A stretch of DNA of 64,000 nucleotides from Alloascoidea hylecoeti. Lineage: Eukaryota. The stretch lies in the NCBI GenBank assembly GCA_001600815.1, contig BCKZ01000017.1, positions 535,970-599,969 of the forward strand, in the 5' to 3' direction. This document shows, piece after piece, positions 24,978 to 35,972 of the stretch (its first letter is position 1; each line of letters opens with the position of its first letter). The position numbers and the translations under genes were made by a program. The notes beneath the pieces were generated by a model, which did no database searches, was not told where the DNA came from, and was given only the letters and a program-made list of their open reading frames with translations.

Positions 24978-25008
24978 CTTTTATTAACATTTTTTATTTA
25001 ATAAATAT

Positions 25009-25929
25009 CTATTTTTTAGAATTAATTATAGCATTAATTTTCTTATCAACAATATTATTAATATATTTTGATAATGGTGAATCATCATTAATAATTTGTT
25101 TTGAAATTTGTAATTCAACTTGTTTTTCTAATAATTTACCCGTTAAATCAACTTCAACATTAACTAAATCACCAATTTTTTTCTTTGATATAATAACACG
25201 AGTTTGCGTATAAGCAATCATACTGATTGAAAAAGTTTTTTCAATTGAATTAACTTCTGTAACTGTTAATGATACACCATCTGTACAAATAAAACCTTTT
25301 TCAACAATATATCTATTATAATGATCATTTGTTAATTTAAATGTAAAATTTAATGCATTTCCTTCTGGTTTAATATCAACGATTTTTGCAGTTGTATCAA
25401 TATGTCCCTATAATATTTTATTTTTGTTAGTTTGAATTATTAATCATAAATTTTTAAATATTGAATAATTTACCTGAACCATATGTCCTCCAAATCTAAC
25501 ATCACCAGCAATTGCTCTTTCTAAATTAACAATATCATTTTTTTTTAAATCTCCTAAATTTGTTCTATTTAATGTTTCTGGACTTAATCCAACTTTAAAC
25601 CATTCTTTTCCATTAAATTCAGTAACAGTTAAACAAGTACCTATAGTATATCAATTAGTAATCATTTATAATTTATAATTGTAATTGTAGAGGAAGTGTA
25701 TTTACCATTAATTGCAATACTATCACCTAAATGGACATCATCTAGAATTGGACCAACGTCTGTTATTGTAATTGATGCTCCTTGACCTCCGGATTCTGAA
25801 TCATCTTTGCTTATATATTCAGAAACAGCTATAAAGAAATTGTTAGTTTTATTGATGATATAATTGAAATTGAAATTGGTATTGGAATTGATACTTACTT
25901 CCAATGTGTTCAACAATACCAGTAAACAT
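25009..25929 (-). CDS. RIB5: Riboflavin synthase; exons 25929-25899, 25828-25706, 25640-25474, 25407-25009
   Basis: Three introns (70, 65, 66 nt) join MFTGIVEHIG...GDSIAING-TCLTVTEF...VNLERA...RFGGHMVQ-GHIDTTA...KGFICTDGVSLTV...VNVEVDLTGK. Confidence 0.95.
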
Positions 25930-26231
25930 TTTAAAGAATAAGAATGAAGAAGAAAGGAGAAATAAAAGAATTTAAATTATCATTATTAATCGGATTATGT
26001 TTTAGAATTAATAAATGTTTCACCCAACCACCCTCAAAACCCAAAAGATCGTTGTGGAATTCAAATATAAACGTCTCTAGTGATTGAATAAATTCGTATA
26101 TTTTTCGCACATCTTTTATTTCACATATTAGACTGTTTTATCTTAATTTAACTCAGACAATCACGGAAGTTCACCGTTAATGAAGATAAAGATTGTTTAT
26201 AATAAATATTTATTAATACAGATATAATATA

Positions 26232-27372
26232 CTATCGTCTAATATACGAATATTTACCTAATAAATCAATAGTATGTCCATCTTCTATCCCATTATAACC
26301 CTCATTTTCATCATCATCATTTTCATCATTATTTATATCATCATCATTATCAATTTTTAAATCAGCAGATTGTATTAAATCATATAAAGCATACATTTGA
26401 TCACCTTTTTTATCTAATTCATTTAAAAAAGTATTTACATTTTTAATAATTTTTTTCCTTTTATGATTTTCAATTGATGGATCTTGATTATTATATTTTT
26501 TTAATAAATTTTGACAAATTTGTTTTAAATTTTCATGTTCTAATTTAATACCATTAAATAAAAATTTAATTGAATTTGATGATGATGTTGATGGACGAAT
26601 TGTTGATTCTTCAATATATTGAGAATCTTCTGAATCTGATGTTGGAATTGATATATTAAATTTTGTATATAAGCCTTTTTGTTTGGATTGTTTTTTGGTA
26701 TTATGTTGATTACATGAATGTGGATCAATTTGATTATCTAATAAATTTATTAAAGAGTGTGGATTTTTATTTTTATTTTTATTTGAATTATAATTTTTTG
26801 TTGATTTTGATTTCTTTTTCATTATTGATTTTGGTTTATGTTGTTTTTTAGAATTTGAAATAGGACCCCAAATATTAGTAAATTCAGTATCATATTCTTC
26901 ATCTTCTGATGATGATTCATCTTCTTGTTCATGATTTTTATAAGTATTTTGTGTATTTAATTCAGATAATTTAGATTCTAAATCTTTAATGTTTCTTTTA
27001 AGATTAATTTTCTTTTGTAATTTTAATAAATCATTTGTTAAAATCATTGTATCATTATTATCATTATTTGAAGGTTTATGATTAGGTTGATTAGGTTGAT
27101 TAGGTTGATTCTGTTGAATTTGTTTTAATTGGTTTAATTGTTGTCTTAATTGATTTAATTCATTCATTAAAGAATTTGTATTTCCATTTGTATCGGAATT
27201 TGTATTGTTTATATTTATATTTGATTCAGGTGATGGTTTATTATCAATTTCTTGTTTTATAGACGTATTTTGTTGTATATCTAAATTATTAATTTTTTGT
27301 TTTAATAATTCATTTTCTTTAAATAATTGTAATTTTTCAGATTCTAATAATTTCATTTTTGATAAAAACTCT

Positions 27373-27410
<38 letters not shown>

Positions 27411-28437
27411 TTTATTATTTCCTTTTTGTAATTGTAATTTTGAGTATTCATTTCTTGAAAAAATTAAAGAATTTTTGTATTTAATTATTTTTTTCTTTAA
27501 TTCATTTGATTGATTTTTTTCAATTTCTAATTTATTTATTAATTTATTAATATAATTTTTTGAATTAATTAATTGATTATTTAAATTTTCTAATTCATTA
27601 ATTGATCCATTATATTTATCTTTCATATCTTGTAAAGCAATTGTTAATAAATTATCTGTTTGTGATGATGGTACTGTTGATAATTTTTTATGAGTTGATG
27701 ATGCTTTTCTATATGATGGCATATCAACTGAAAATAATGATGTATAACCTGCTGGGAGTAATAATTCATCAGTTGCATCTTCTAATATGACGGAATGAGA
27801 TTTTCTAGCATAACCATTTTCAGAACCATTTTTGTATGTGTGTGTTTTAGTTTTGTTTATACTTTTATTTAAGTTTTTGTTTTTGTTTTTAGTTTCGATT
27901 TGTTTTTGTAATTGGAGTTGTTTTGCTTGTGTTACAGGATCATAATTTTTAGGAATATTTAAATCTCTAAAAAGAGAAGCTTCATCTGAAAACCCAGTAG
28001 ATGTTCGTTTGATTTGATTATCATTAGAATGTTTTTGATTATAAAAATTTGAATGAGAAGAAATTCGATTATCATTAACAGAAGTTTTATAAGATTCAAA
28101 TTCTGGAGATTTATTATGATGAAGATTATAAGGAATTGAAGAAAAACTATGAGAATTAAAAATTGAAATTGGAGAAGATTGATTTGATAAATGATTCTAC
28201 ATCATAACAGTTAGTAATTATATATGAAGATGAAAAATGAAAAAAACATACCGCTTGTGCTCTGACTTCTTCTATGGAAAAATCTGTATTTTCTTGAGGA
28301 GCAAATGAAAAGCCATCAAATTGATTATTAAGTTGGGATTGGGAAATATCCTTTGAGAATAAATTACTCATATTAAAATCACTTAAACTGTCAGAGTCAC
28401 TTTCTGATAAACTGTCTGAAATATCGAAATTATTCAT
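26232..28437 (-). CDS. Spindle-pole-body coiled-coil protein, Ppc89/Cep57-like; exons 28437-28252, 28196-26232
   Basis: A 55-nt GTATGT..TACTAAC..TAG intron joins ORF 28156-28437 in frame to the 496-aa ORF (no stop between 28196 and 27722). The C-terminal ESTIRPS...YNNQDPSIENHKRKK...KKGDQMYALYDLI resembles the Cep57 microtubule-binding domain. Confidence 0.7.
27375..27409. repeat. (AAT)n microsatellite encoding a poly-Asn tract
   Basis: Run of (att)n on + strand inside the Ppc89-like CDS. Confidence 0.9.
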
Positions 28438-28645
28438 TTTTGGCTTTTTGCAAATAAAAAGATGAGAATATTTGAAGAAGATGGATGAAAAAAGTAAACA
28501 TATTTATTTATTGGTTGTCATGACAATATAAGAACACCCAGACACCCCACTTTTTTTTATTTTTCACTCATTTTTTTTTTCGATTTGACAAATTTTCACT
28601 TTTGGTGTGTAAAAATAAAATAAAAAATTGTAAAGCATAAAAAAT

Positions 28646-30688
28646 ATGTCCACAGCCACGAATCCTCATCCTATTCAACAAAACTGGGAATTGAGAATGA
28701 AACGACCGGCTTCTCCTTTAGATACTGATTCTTCCAAAAAACGGAAATTGGAGGCTCCAGACACAGAAGTAGAAACATCAGTGAGTTCACATGTGGATGG
28801 TGCGAAAAAAGTACAAAACATTGCTGATGGAGATGTTTTTTCTGCCAAAGTGTATAGATCATATGTTAAGAATGCCTTGGATGCTTTGGATAAAAATGAT
28901 ACAAATCCATTGCAAGCTTTAACTTCTAAAATTACCACTCCTCAATCTAAATCAAATTTAACTAACACACATTTACAATTTATCTTACAAGCATTGACTG
29001 CTGATATAAGCAGACTAGACAATAGAAATTGTACGCCATTAATATCATCAATAATTCAATTAAAATGGTCAACAAAACCACAATCTTTTATTGATATTTA
29101 TATCCGTTTTATAATTGTTTTAGTAAGCGGTATACCAAAATGGTGGTCTGAAATTGCAAATAAGTTAATTTCTCAATTTATTAATAAAAATACTGAACCT
29201 CATCATTTAATATTAAAACAAATTAAAAAATTAATTCCAACAACAATAAGTATATTACCATCAATTTTTATAAAATATTTCCCACACATTAAAAGTTTTG
29301 ATAATAAATTAAATATTTTAAATTATATTGAAAATTTATTAAAAACAATGGAATATTTAGAAGAAATAAATTTTACAACTTGGTCTTTAATTTTTGAAAA
29401 ATCAATTCAATTAGATGTTGAATTACAAAATCAACTGGATGATTTAGATGATGATTTATTAGAATTATCTGATGATGAAGATGATGATAATAGTTCTAAA
29501 AAAGTTCGATTTGTCGATAAAAATGGTAATGAATTAGAAACAAATGAAGAAATTGAAAATGAAAATGATGAAGATGATATTAAAAGTGGTTATGAATCTG
29601 ATGAATCTGATTATTGTGATGAGATAATAGATTCAAAAGAAAAAGTTAATGAATTAGTTTCAAAATTAGATTCAATAATGGTTTTAATTTTTAAATATTT
29701 AGAAAAGAATTTTACAATTGACTCAATTAATAATGGTAATGGAATTATTATTTTCAATACTTTTTTAACAATTTTTAAAACTCATATTTTAAATACTCAT
29801 TATACAAAATCTATTCAATTTTTATTATTTAAAATTACTCAATTATCATCAGAATTAATTGACACCTTTTTAGTTTTATTAATTGATATTTCTTTTAATC
29901 AAAATGAAACAATTGAAAAAAAATTGAAATCAATGCAATATGTTGCTTCATTTATATCGAGATCTAAAAAAATAACAAAATTTCAAATTAGTTTTATAAT
30001 TAGTTATTTAAAATCATGGATGGAAAAATATGTTGATGAAAGAGAAGTTGAAATTTTTGATGTTAAAAATTCTTTAAATGGTATGGAAAGATTTAAAATG
30101 TTTTATGGAGTATTTCAAACAATTTTATATATTTTTTGTTATAGACATGAAATTTTAAAAAATGATGAAGATGATGATGAAAATTGTGGGAAATGGGATT
30201 GTGATTTAGATAAATTTTTTACAAGAATGATTAATTCAAATTTTAATCCACTGAAATATTGTGATGAAACAATTGTTTTAATATTTGCAAAAATTGCTCA
30301 AGTTGAAGGGATTGTTTATTGTTATTCGGTTATTGAAAAAAATAAACAAGAAAAATTAAATTGTGTTTTATTATCAAATCAATCAAATGAACAACAAAAT
30401 CAAAAACAATTAACAAAAAAACAAAATGACTCAAATTCAAAAATTATAAATATTAATATAAGTTTAAATTCAAATAATAATATTTCAAATGATGGTCATA
30501 TTTTTACGAAAAAACATGAATTTATTGATTTAGAAGCTTATTTTCCTTTTGATCCATTAGTTTTAAAAAAGACAAAATTAATTATTAAAGATGTTTATTT
30601 AGAATGGAGTGATGTTTCTGGTGAATATGATAGTGAAAGTGATTCTGATTTTGATGATGAATTTAATGAAAAAGGTGAAAGAATATAA
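28646..30688 (+). CDS. RRN3: RNA polymerase I initiation factor Rrn3
   Basis: IQLDVELQNQLDD acidic loop, HILNTHYTKSIQFLLF, YIFCYRH, FNPLKYC, LEAYFPFDPL. Confidence 0.94.
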   Translation: MSTATNPHPIQQNWELRMKRPASPLDTDSSKKRKLEAPDTEVETSVSSHVDGAKKVQNIADGDVFSAKVYRSYVKNALDALDKNDTNPLQALTSKITTPQSKSNLTNTHLQFILQALTADISRLDNRNCTPLISSIIQLKWSTKPQSFIDIYIRFIIVLVSGIPKWWSEIANKLISQFINKNTEPHHLILKQIKKLIPTTISILPSIFIKYFPHIKSFDNKLNILNYIENLLKTMEYLEEINFTTWSLIFEKSIQLDVELQNQLDDLDDDLLELSDDEDDDNSSKKVRFVDKNGNELETNEEIENENDEDDIKSGYESDESDYCDEIIDSKEKVNELVSKLDSIMVLIFKYLEKNFTIDSINNGNGIIIFNTFLTIFKTHILNTHYTKSIQFLLFKITQLSSELIDTFLVLLIDISFNQNETIEKKLKSMQYVASFISRSKKITKFQISFIISYLKSWMEKYVDEREVEIFDVKNSLNGMERFKMFYGVFQTILYIFCYRHEILKNDEDDDENCGKWDCDLDKFFTRMINSNFNPLKYCDETIVLIFAKIAQVEGIVYCYSVIEKNKQEKLNCVLLSNQSNEQQNQKQLTKKQNDSNSKIININISLNSNNNISNDGHIFTKKHEFIDLEAYFPFDPLVLKKTKLIIKDVYLEWSDVSGEYDSESDSDFDDEFNEKGERI

Positions 30689-30884
30689 ATTTTAGTTTAT
30701 TTGATTTAATATTTATAATTTTAATGATATTTTTGACAAATACATACACTTTATTTAGCCATTGTTTTATACTATAGTTTACGGTTTGTACCAAATATAT
30801 GACATAATTTGGCCCAAATTAGAGGAATATGTATGGTAGTTTTTGCACCATTTCAATTTCAATATTCCCTTTACTATTAAAATC

Positions 30885-31909
30885 ATGACGGGAACATCAA
30901 GTCTTACAGTTAATCTACATCCACTACCATTATTAAACATAACAGATGTCTGTACTCGAAATAAGTTAAATAATCAGAAAGGTCTGTTCATATTTATATT
31001 AATATGATTATTCTTGATGATGTTATTAACACAGGGGTATAGGATTGGGGATTATATTAGGAACACAAGATGCTAAAAATATAACAATTGTTAATTCTTT
31101 TGAAATTATGGTTGATAATGATTATAATGTTGATAAAGGTTATTTAACTGATAGGATTGAACAATGTACGTTTCCAAATGAAGATGTTATGAACTTTTGT
31201 TATCGGTTTCTAGTTGCTAACTTTTATTTTGATAGTTCGTATCATTTATCCAGAACAAGAACTTATTGGATGGTATGAAATCATTGATTCAGCAAATGAT
31301 TCTAAAATTATAAATGAAAATGATACTTTAAATATTTACAAACAATTGGAAGTTTTTAATGAATCATTATTTTTATTAATATTTGATTTAAATCAATTAA
31401 AAAATCAAAATAAATTACCAATTAAAATATATGAATTAAGAACTCAAAGTGAAAATCAAAAAAATTTTCAGAATTATAATGAAAATAAATTAATTTTTTT
31501 AGAATTAAAAATAAAAATTGATTCAAAAAAAGTTGAAAATATATCAATTAATGATATATTAAATTCAAAAAATTTAATTAAAAATAATGATGAAATTTTA
31601 AAATCTTTAAAAAATCAATTAAAAACAAATTTAAATTCACTATTTATATTAGATAAAAAAATTGAAATCATTTTAAATTATTTAAATGATATTGAATTAA
31701 AAAAAATTGATGGAAATTTTGAAATATTAAGAAATATTTCAAATTTATTAACAATTTTAAATAATGATGTTGGTGATGAAAAAGTTGTTAATGAAATGAT
31801 TGATAAACAATTAAATGCCCAAGCTTCAAGTATTTTGGCATTACTTATTGATGGGATTAAAGATTTGGAACAAATGCATATTATTAAAAATTATTTAATT
31901 CAATATTAA
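30885..31909 (+). CDS. CSN6: COP9 signalosome subunit 6 (MPN-minus); exons 30885-30981, 31043-31165, 31236-31909
   Basis: Spliced product: VNLHPLPLLNITDVCTR...GIILGTQDAKNITIVNSFEI...DKGYLTDRIEQFRIIYPEQELIGWY. The MPN fold lacks JAMM residues. Introns are 61 nt (GTCTGT donor) and 70 nt (GTACGT donor). Confidence 0.78.
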
Positions 31910-32014
31910 TGGTAAATTTATATATTTAAAGCATCAATAATTATACAAAAAATGGATAAATACCAGTAGTACCACTTACAAACAAACTTGCTAATCTTTT
32001 TTATATACTACTCC

Positions 32015-32140
32015 AAATGGGAATGTTATAACCAATCACTGAATACTCCACAAGACCTTAAACTGTTCCTAAAACAGTTCATAATATTCTGTAGATATTA
32101 GAGATTCTTTTAGACTATATAAAATGGCATTTTAAATGTA
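32015..32140 (-). repeat. Diverged dispersed repeat, copy 1 (inverted relative to 39010-39130)
   Basis: Reverse complement of 32040-32079 matches 39054-39093 at 31/40 positions, with further similarity on both flanks. Confidence 0.6.
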
Positions 32141-33339
32141 CTCATACAATTCTCAACACAAATTCTCTGAACATCTCGAAGACCGCATCAATGTGACCTA
32201 CTATAGTAACGTTACGGCTCCAGTAGCTGTATCCTAACACTAGATTTTGACACTTTTTAACGGATTGTTTACTTTTGTCATTGAATTAACAAGAGTAATA
32301 TTAGTATCAATACATAATGGTTCTATAGTTCTGGCATATCCACTATATAGAGAGGCTCATTAAGCTGTAACTAAGACATTTACAAGACCATCAATCTATA
32401 GTTATAATTAGCTGATTTTTGTGGTACAAACTAAACATTTATCAATTGACAACCCCACATAGCTGTCACTATTAGGGCTTGATACTATAGTCTATATTGT
32501 GTCCTTAATAACAATCATAACATTTAGCAAACTCCATCTATGGCATCTTACCTAGCTTGTTGTACACCTAAATCAATCATTGGCTTGATCAAAACTTCAC
32601 GCCCATATGGATAGCTTGTCCATAACGTAAGATTTTGATCCAGTGTCTGAAATGAAATGGAAACGTACATGTATCTGTATAAAAACTAATTGATAAGTGC
32701 AAATTCACATGTATTGTTCAGAATATCTAGATCTGTTTTTGAAACAAGGAAGTATTTCTTGGAGCTCAATTACTAGCGTTGACACAACTAAATTGAAAAT
32801 ACGTCGTATATATAGAGAGATTGATAAATAAAATTTGAAGTGGTTGGCCGATATTTTGGTAGGAGTAACCGCCTGATGGGAAGACTGCTCATATGTTTGA
32901 CTTACCCTGTAGGTTACAATTAATATTTGTTTGTGAATACTTAATGATATTTTTCAAAAATATAAGAAGATTCTTTACCCTTAATGTTTAAATTAGTCAT
33001 GATTATAAGAAAAGAATGTAAGATGTGTAAGAAAGCCGAAGTGAATATGCATATCAACAAAATCCGATATTTTCATTTCTAGATAGCTTTGTGTAATTTT
33101 ATTTAATTGGGTCTAAGATACGATTACGGTAACCTTTGATTTCCTGTCTTAATCAACATAATTCCCCTAAAGCTACCCTCACTTAGATGTATCGTTATTA
33201 ATCAAGCTTAGTGTTTAATTCAAGCCCCAATCCATCGACTCCATTTATATCTCTCTAGTTATTGGTAAAATAAAGTAATATTGTTAATTTCGATATAATA
33301 TGATATCAAACTTGTAAGCTTAATAAATGAAAATAGGTT

Positions 33340-33610
33340 GAACCATCGGAAACTTTGCTTAATACTATAACCAGCCTGAAATTTAACAAGCACAGATCTT
33401 TCTCCTGGGCACTTGAAAATGAAAAGTAAGCTCTTAGTTAAGTACGAGGTATTGGTATTTTAGAAGTATAGCAAAATATCATCACATGAGACAAATTATT
33501 TTTTCAATGGGAATTTACATCCAACGCAGTAAGATGATGGGAGAAAAAGGTCTGGGACGATCACTAATGATCTCGGAATTTGCATGTTCCTGCTACGGAC
33601 TTTTCTAGGT
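33340..33610 (+). mobile_element. Degenerate IS630-Tc1-mariner-type transposase relic
   Basis: Frameshifted pieces SHETNYFFNG (33482-33511) and EKGLGRSLMISEFACSCYG (33543-33599) resemble the HDESTFYAND...KKGxGRSIMVSDF motifs of fungal DDE transposases. Recognised by eye; stops present. Confidence 0.5.
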
Positions 33611-34377
33611 CTAAAATCATACAATGTTATCAATCTCCGTAGAAGGAAGCAGAAAACATTTTCTGTCCTGTTCTTAGTTATACTTTATTATCTATTTTTT
33701 TTAAATTAATTAAATCAGTGTTCAATTTATCTAATTTATCAATTTGTTTTGATTCTTCATGATACGCTTCAACTAACTAACCTTCAGGAGATCTAATTTC
33801 ACTTTTCCTAATTGTAGTGTTGATGTCCTTAACGGCAAAGACTGCTACTCTACCAGGGGGATGGAATTATCAATGATATCCTGATTCATTATGTCCCATT
33901 AATTCGAAAGATACATAAATATTAGCTTTTTCCCCTTCTTCGGAGTGGTGTAGAGTGTTAATAATCATAAATCCTGGCTTGTGATGAACTAATATGAGGA
34001 GATTCCACATGTGCTCGATTAGATTCGGGGCTGATGAACAAGGCCTTTATACCATTGTAACCAAATCAATTCGTCGTGATTTTAGCTTTATGGATAATGT
34101 TATTCTGCTTGAATAAGAGTGTATTTAAGTATTTGATGTGATGGTTCATTTTATTTACTCCTAGTATTCGATTAATTCAAATAATCACGCACGATTAAAT
34201 AGTATTTAATTTCACTATCAATTAATCAATTGATGTTTGGGTGTTTCGTATTTGTAATAGCCAGCCATATCAAATAATCTTCAAAATAACAATCTATAAA
34301 TCTCAAAGACACATCAAATCTTCAAATATATCCATATAAATTTCATATAAACTTCATCAAAATTTCCAAATAAAAAA

Positions 34378-35727
34378 ATGGAATACTATTCATCACTAAA
34401 TGCAAACTCTTTGGATGTTGATATTCCAACACTTTTTGAACTTATATCAGCTGAACAACTTAATAATTTACTCGCCCCATCTTTAAGATTTATATTGGTT
34501 CATTATGCTCAAAGATATCCTCGATATTTATTAAGATTAGCAAATAATTATGATGGATTATATTCAATATTAATGGGATTTATCGAATTTTTTCATTTAA
34601 AAAAATGGAATAGTAGTTTTACTGAGAAATTTTATGGATTAAAAAGAGTTCAAGTTGGTGAATTAAAAACTCCAAGGGCAAAAAAAATTGTACCTGAATT
34701 ACATGAAAAAGAAAGAAGATTAACAAATAATCAAATTATGGGAAGTTTAACATTTTTAATTGGTTTACCATATTTAAAAGAAAAATTAGATTTAAAATTT
34801 AATAAAATAAAATCAAAATTTTTAATTAAAAATATTGATATAGAAAGGAAAAGAATTCATTCATTAAAGAATTATAAAGAAATTATAAAATTTGAATCTG
34901 AAATTTTATTTATGAAGATATATCCAGTTTTAAAATTTTCAATTATTATTGTTAATTTATTTTTACAAATTTTTTATTTATTTGGTAAAACAAATTATCA
35001 TTCAATAATTGATTATTTATGTAATTTACGTTTTGCAAGATTAACAAATTATGATTATGCATTAGAACAAATATCAAAACAATCAAAATCCAAAATAATT
35101 ACACCATTAAGACCATTAGGTCCATCAGAACAAATTAATAAATTTTTAATTGAAAAGTTTTTAAATCCTTTAAAAAATTTATCATTTACAAGCTTAACTT
35201 ATGCTTTTCCTGTTGCTATTTTTGCATTAAAATTTTTAGAATGGTGGTATGCTAGTGATTTTGCAAATCAATTGGCTAAAAAAAATAGAAATTTATTAGA
35301 ATCTACTTTACCTATTCCAATTCAAGTTGATGTTAAACAATCAATAAATGATGAAAATGAAAATGAAAATGAAAATGAAAATGATAATGAAAAGAATTCA
35401 TTAAATTTAGAGTCAGAATTATTAAAAGTTAAACAAAATAAAAAGGAAAAAGATCATGCTCAAGAAAACTCACAAAAACATCAAAAAACATTTAATAGTG
35501 GACCTAATTCATCATTATGTCCCTTATGTCATAAAGAAGTTGAAAATCCAACTGCAATTGAAACAGGATTTGTATTTTGTTATCCTTGTATTCATAATTA
35601 TTTAAGAGATCAAGATCAATTAAAAGGGGGAAGATGTCCAATTACTGGTCAAAGACTTTTAGGATGTGAATGGAATGAAGTTGAAGAAGAATGGAATGTA
35701 GGAGGATTAAGAAGATTAATGATTTAG
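34378..35727 (+). CDS. PEX12: Peroxin Pex12, RING E3 component
   Basis: PTLFELISAEQL, SFTEKFYGLKR, LKFLEWWY and the C-terminal RING CPLC...TGFVFCYPCI...RCPITG...LRRLMI. Confidence 0.95.
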   Translation: MEYYSSLNANSLDVDIPTLFELISAEQLNNLLAPSLRFILVHYAQRYPRYLLRLANNYDGLYSILMGFIEFFHLKKWNSSFTEKFYGLKRVQVGELKTPRAKKIVPELHEKERRLTNNQIMGSLTFLIGLPYLKEKLDLKFNKIKSKFLIKNIDIERKRIHSLKNYKEIIKFESEILFMKIYPVLKFSIIIVNLFLQIFYLFGKTNYHSIIDYLCNLRFARLTNYDYALEQISKQSKSKIITPLRPLGPSEQINKFLIEKFLNPLKNLSFTSLTYAFPVAIFALKFLEWWYASDFANQLAKKNRNLLESTLPIPIQVDVKQSINDENENENENENDNEKNSLNLESELLKVKQNKKEKDHAQENSQKHQKTFNSGPNSSLCPLCHKEVENPTAIETGFVFCYPCIHNYLRDQDQLKGGRCPITGQRLLGCEWNEVEEEWNVGGLRRLMI

Positions 35728-35972
35728 ATCTACGATTGGATATTTACACTTGAATATTTACATTGATTCAAGAAATCTTTAATATATCCATTATAATTAT
35801 AATTTATAGAGAAGAGTGTTCAGCTAAAAAAAAAAGCCGATATATATAAAAAGTTCTTATTGTTAATTAAAAAAATATTGATCAATAAATAAAAAATATA
35901 ATAATACTATTAGTGTTAACATCAAATGAAAAAATAAAGAAAAAAATTTCATGCCCCTTCCTTATATAGGAT

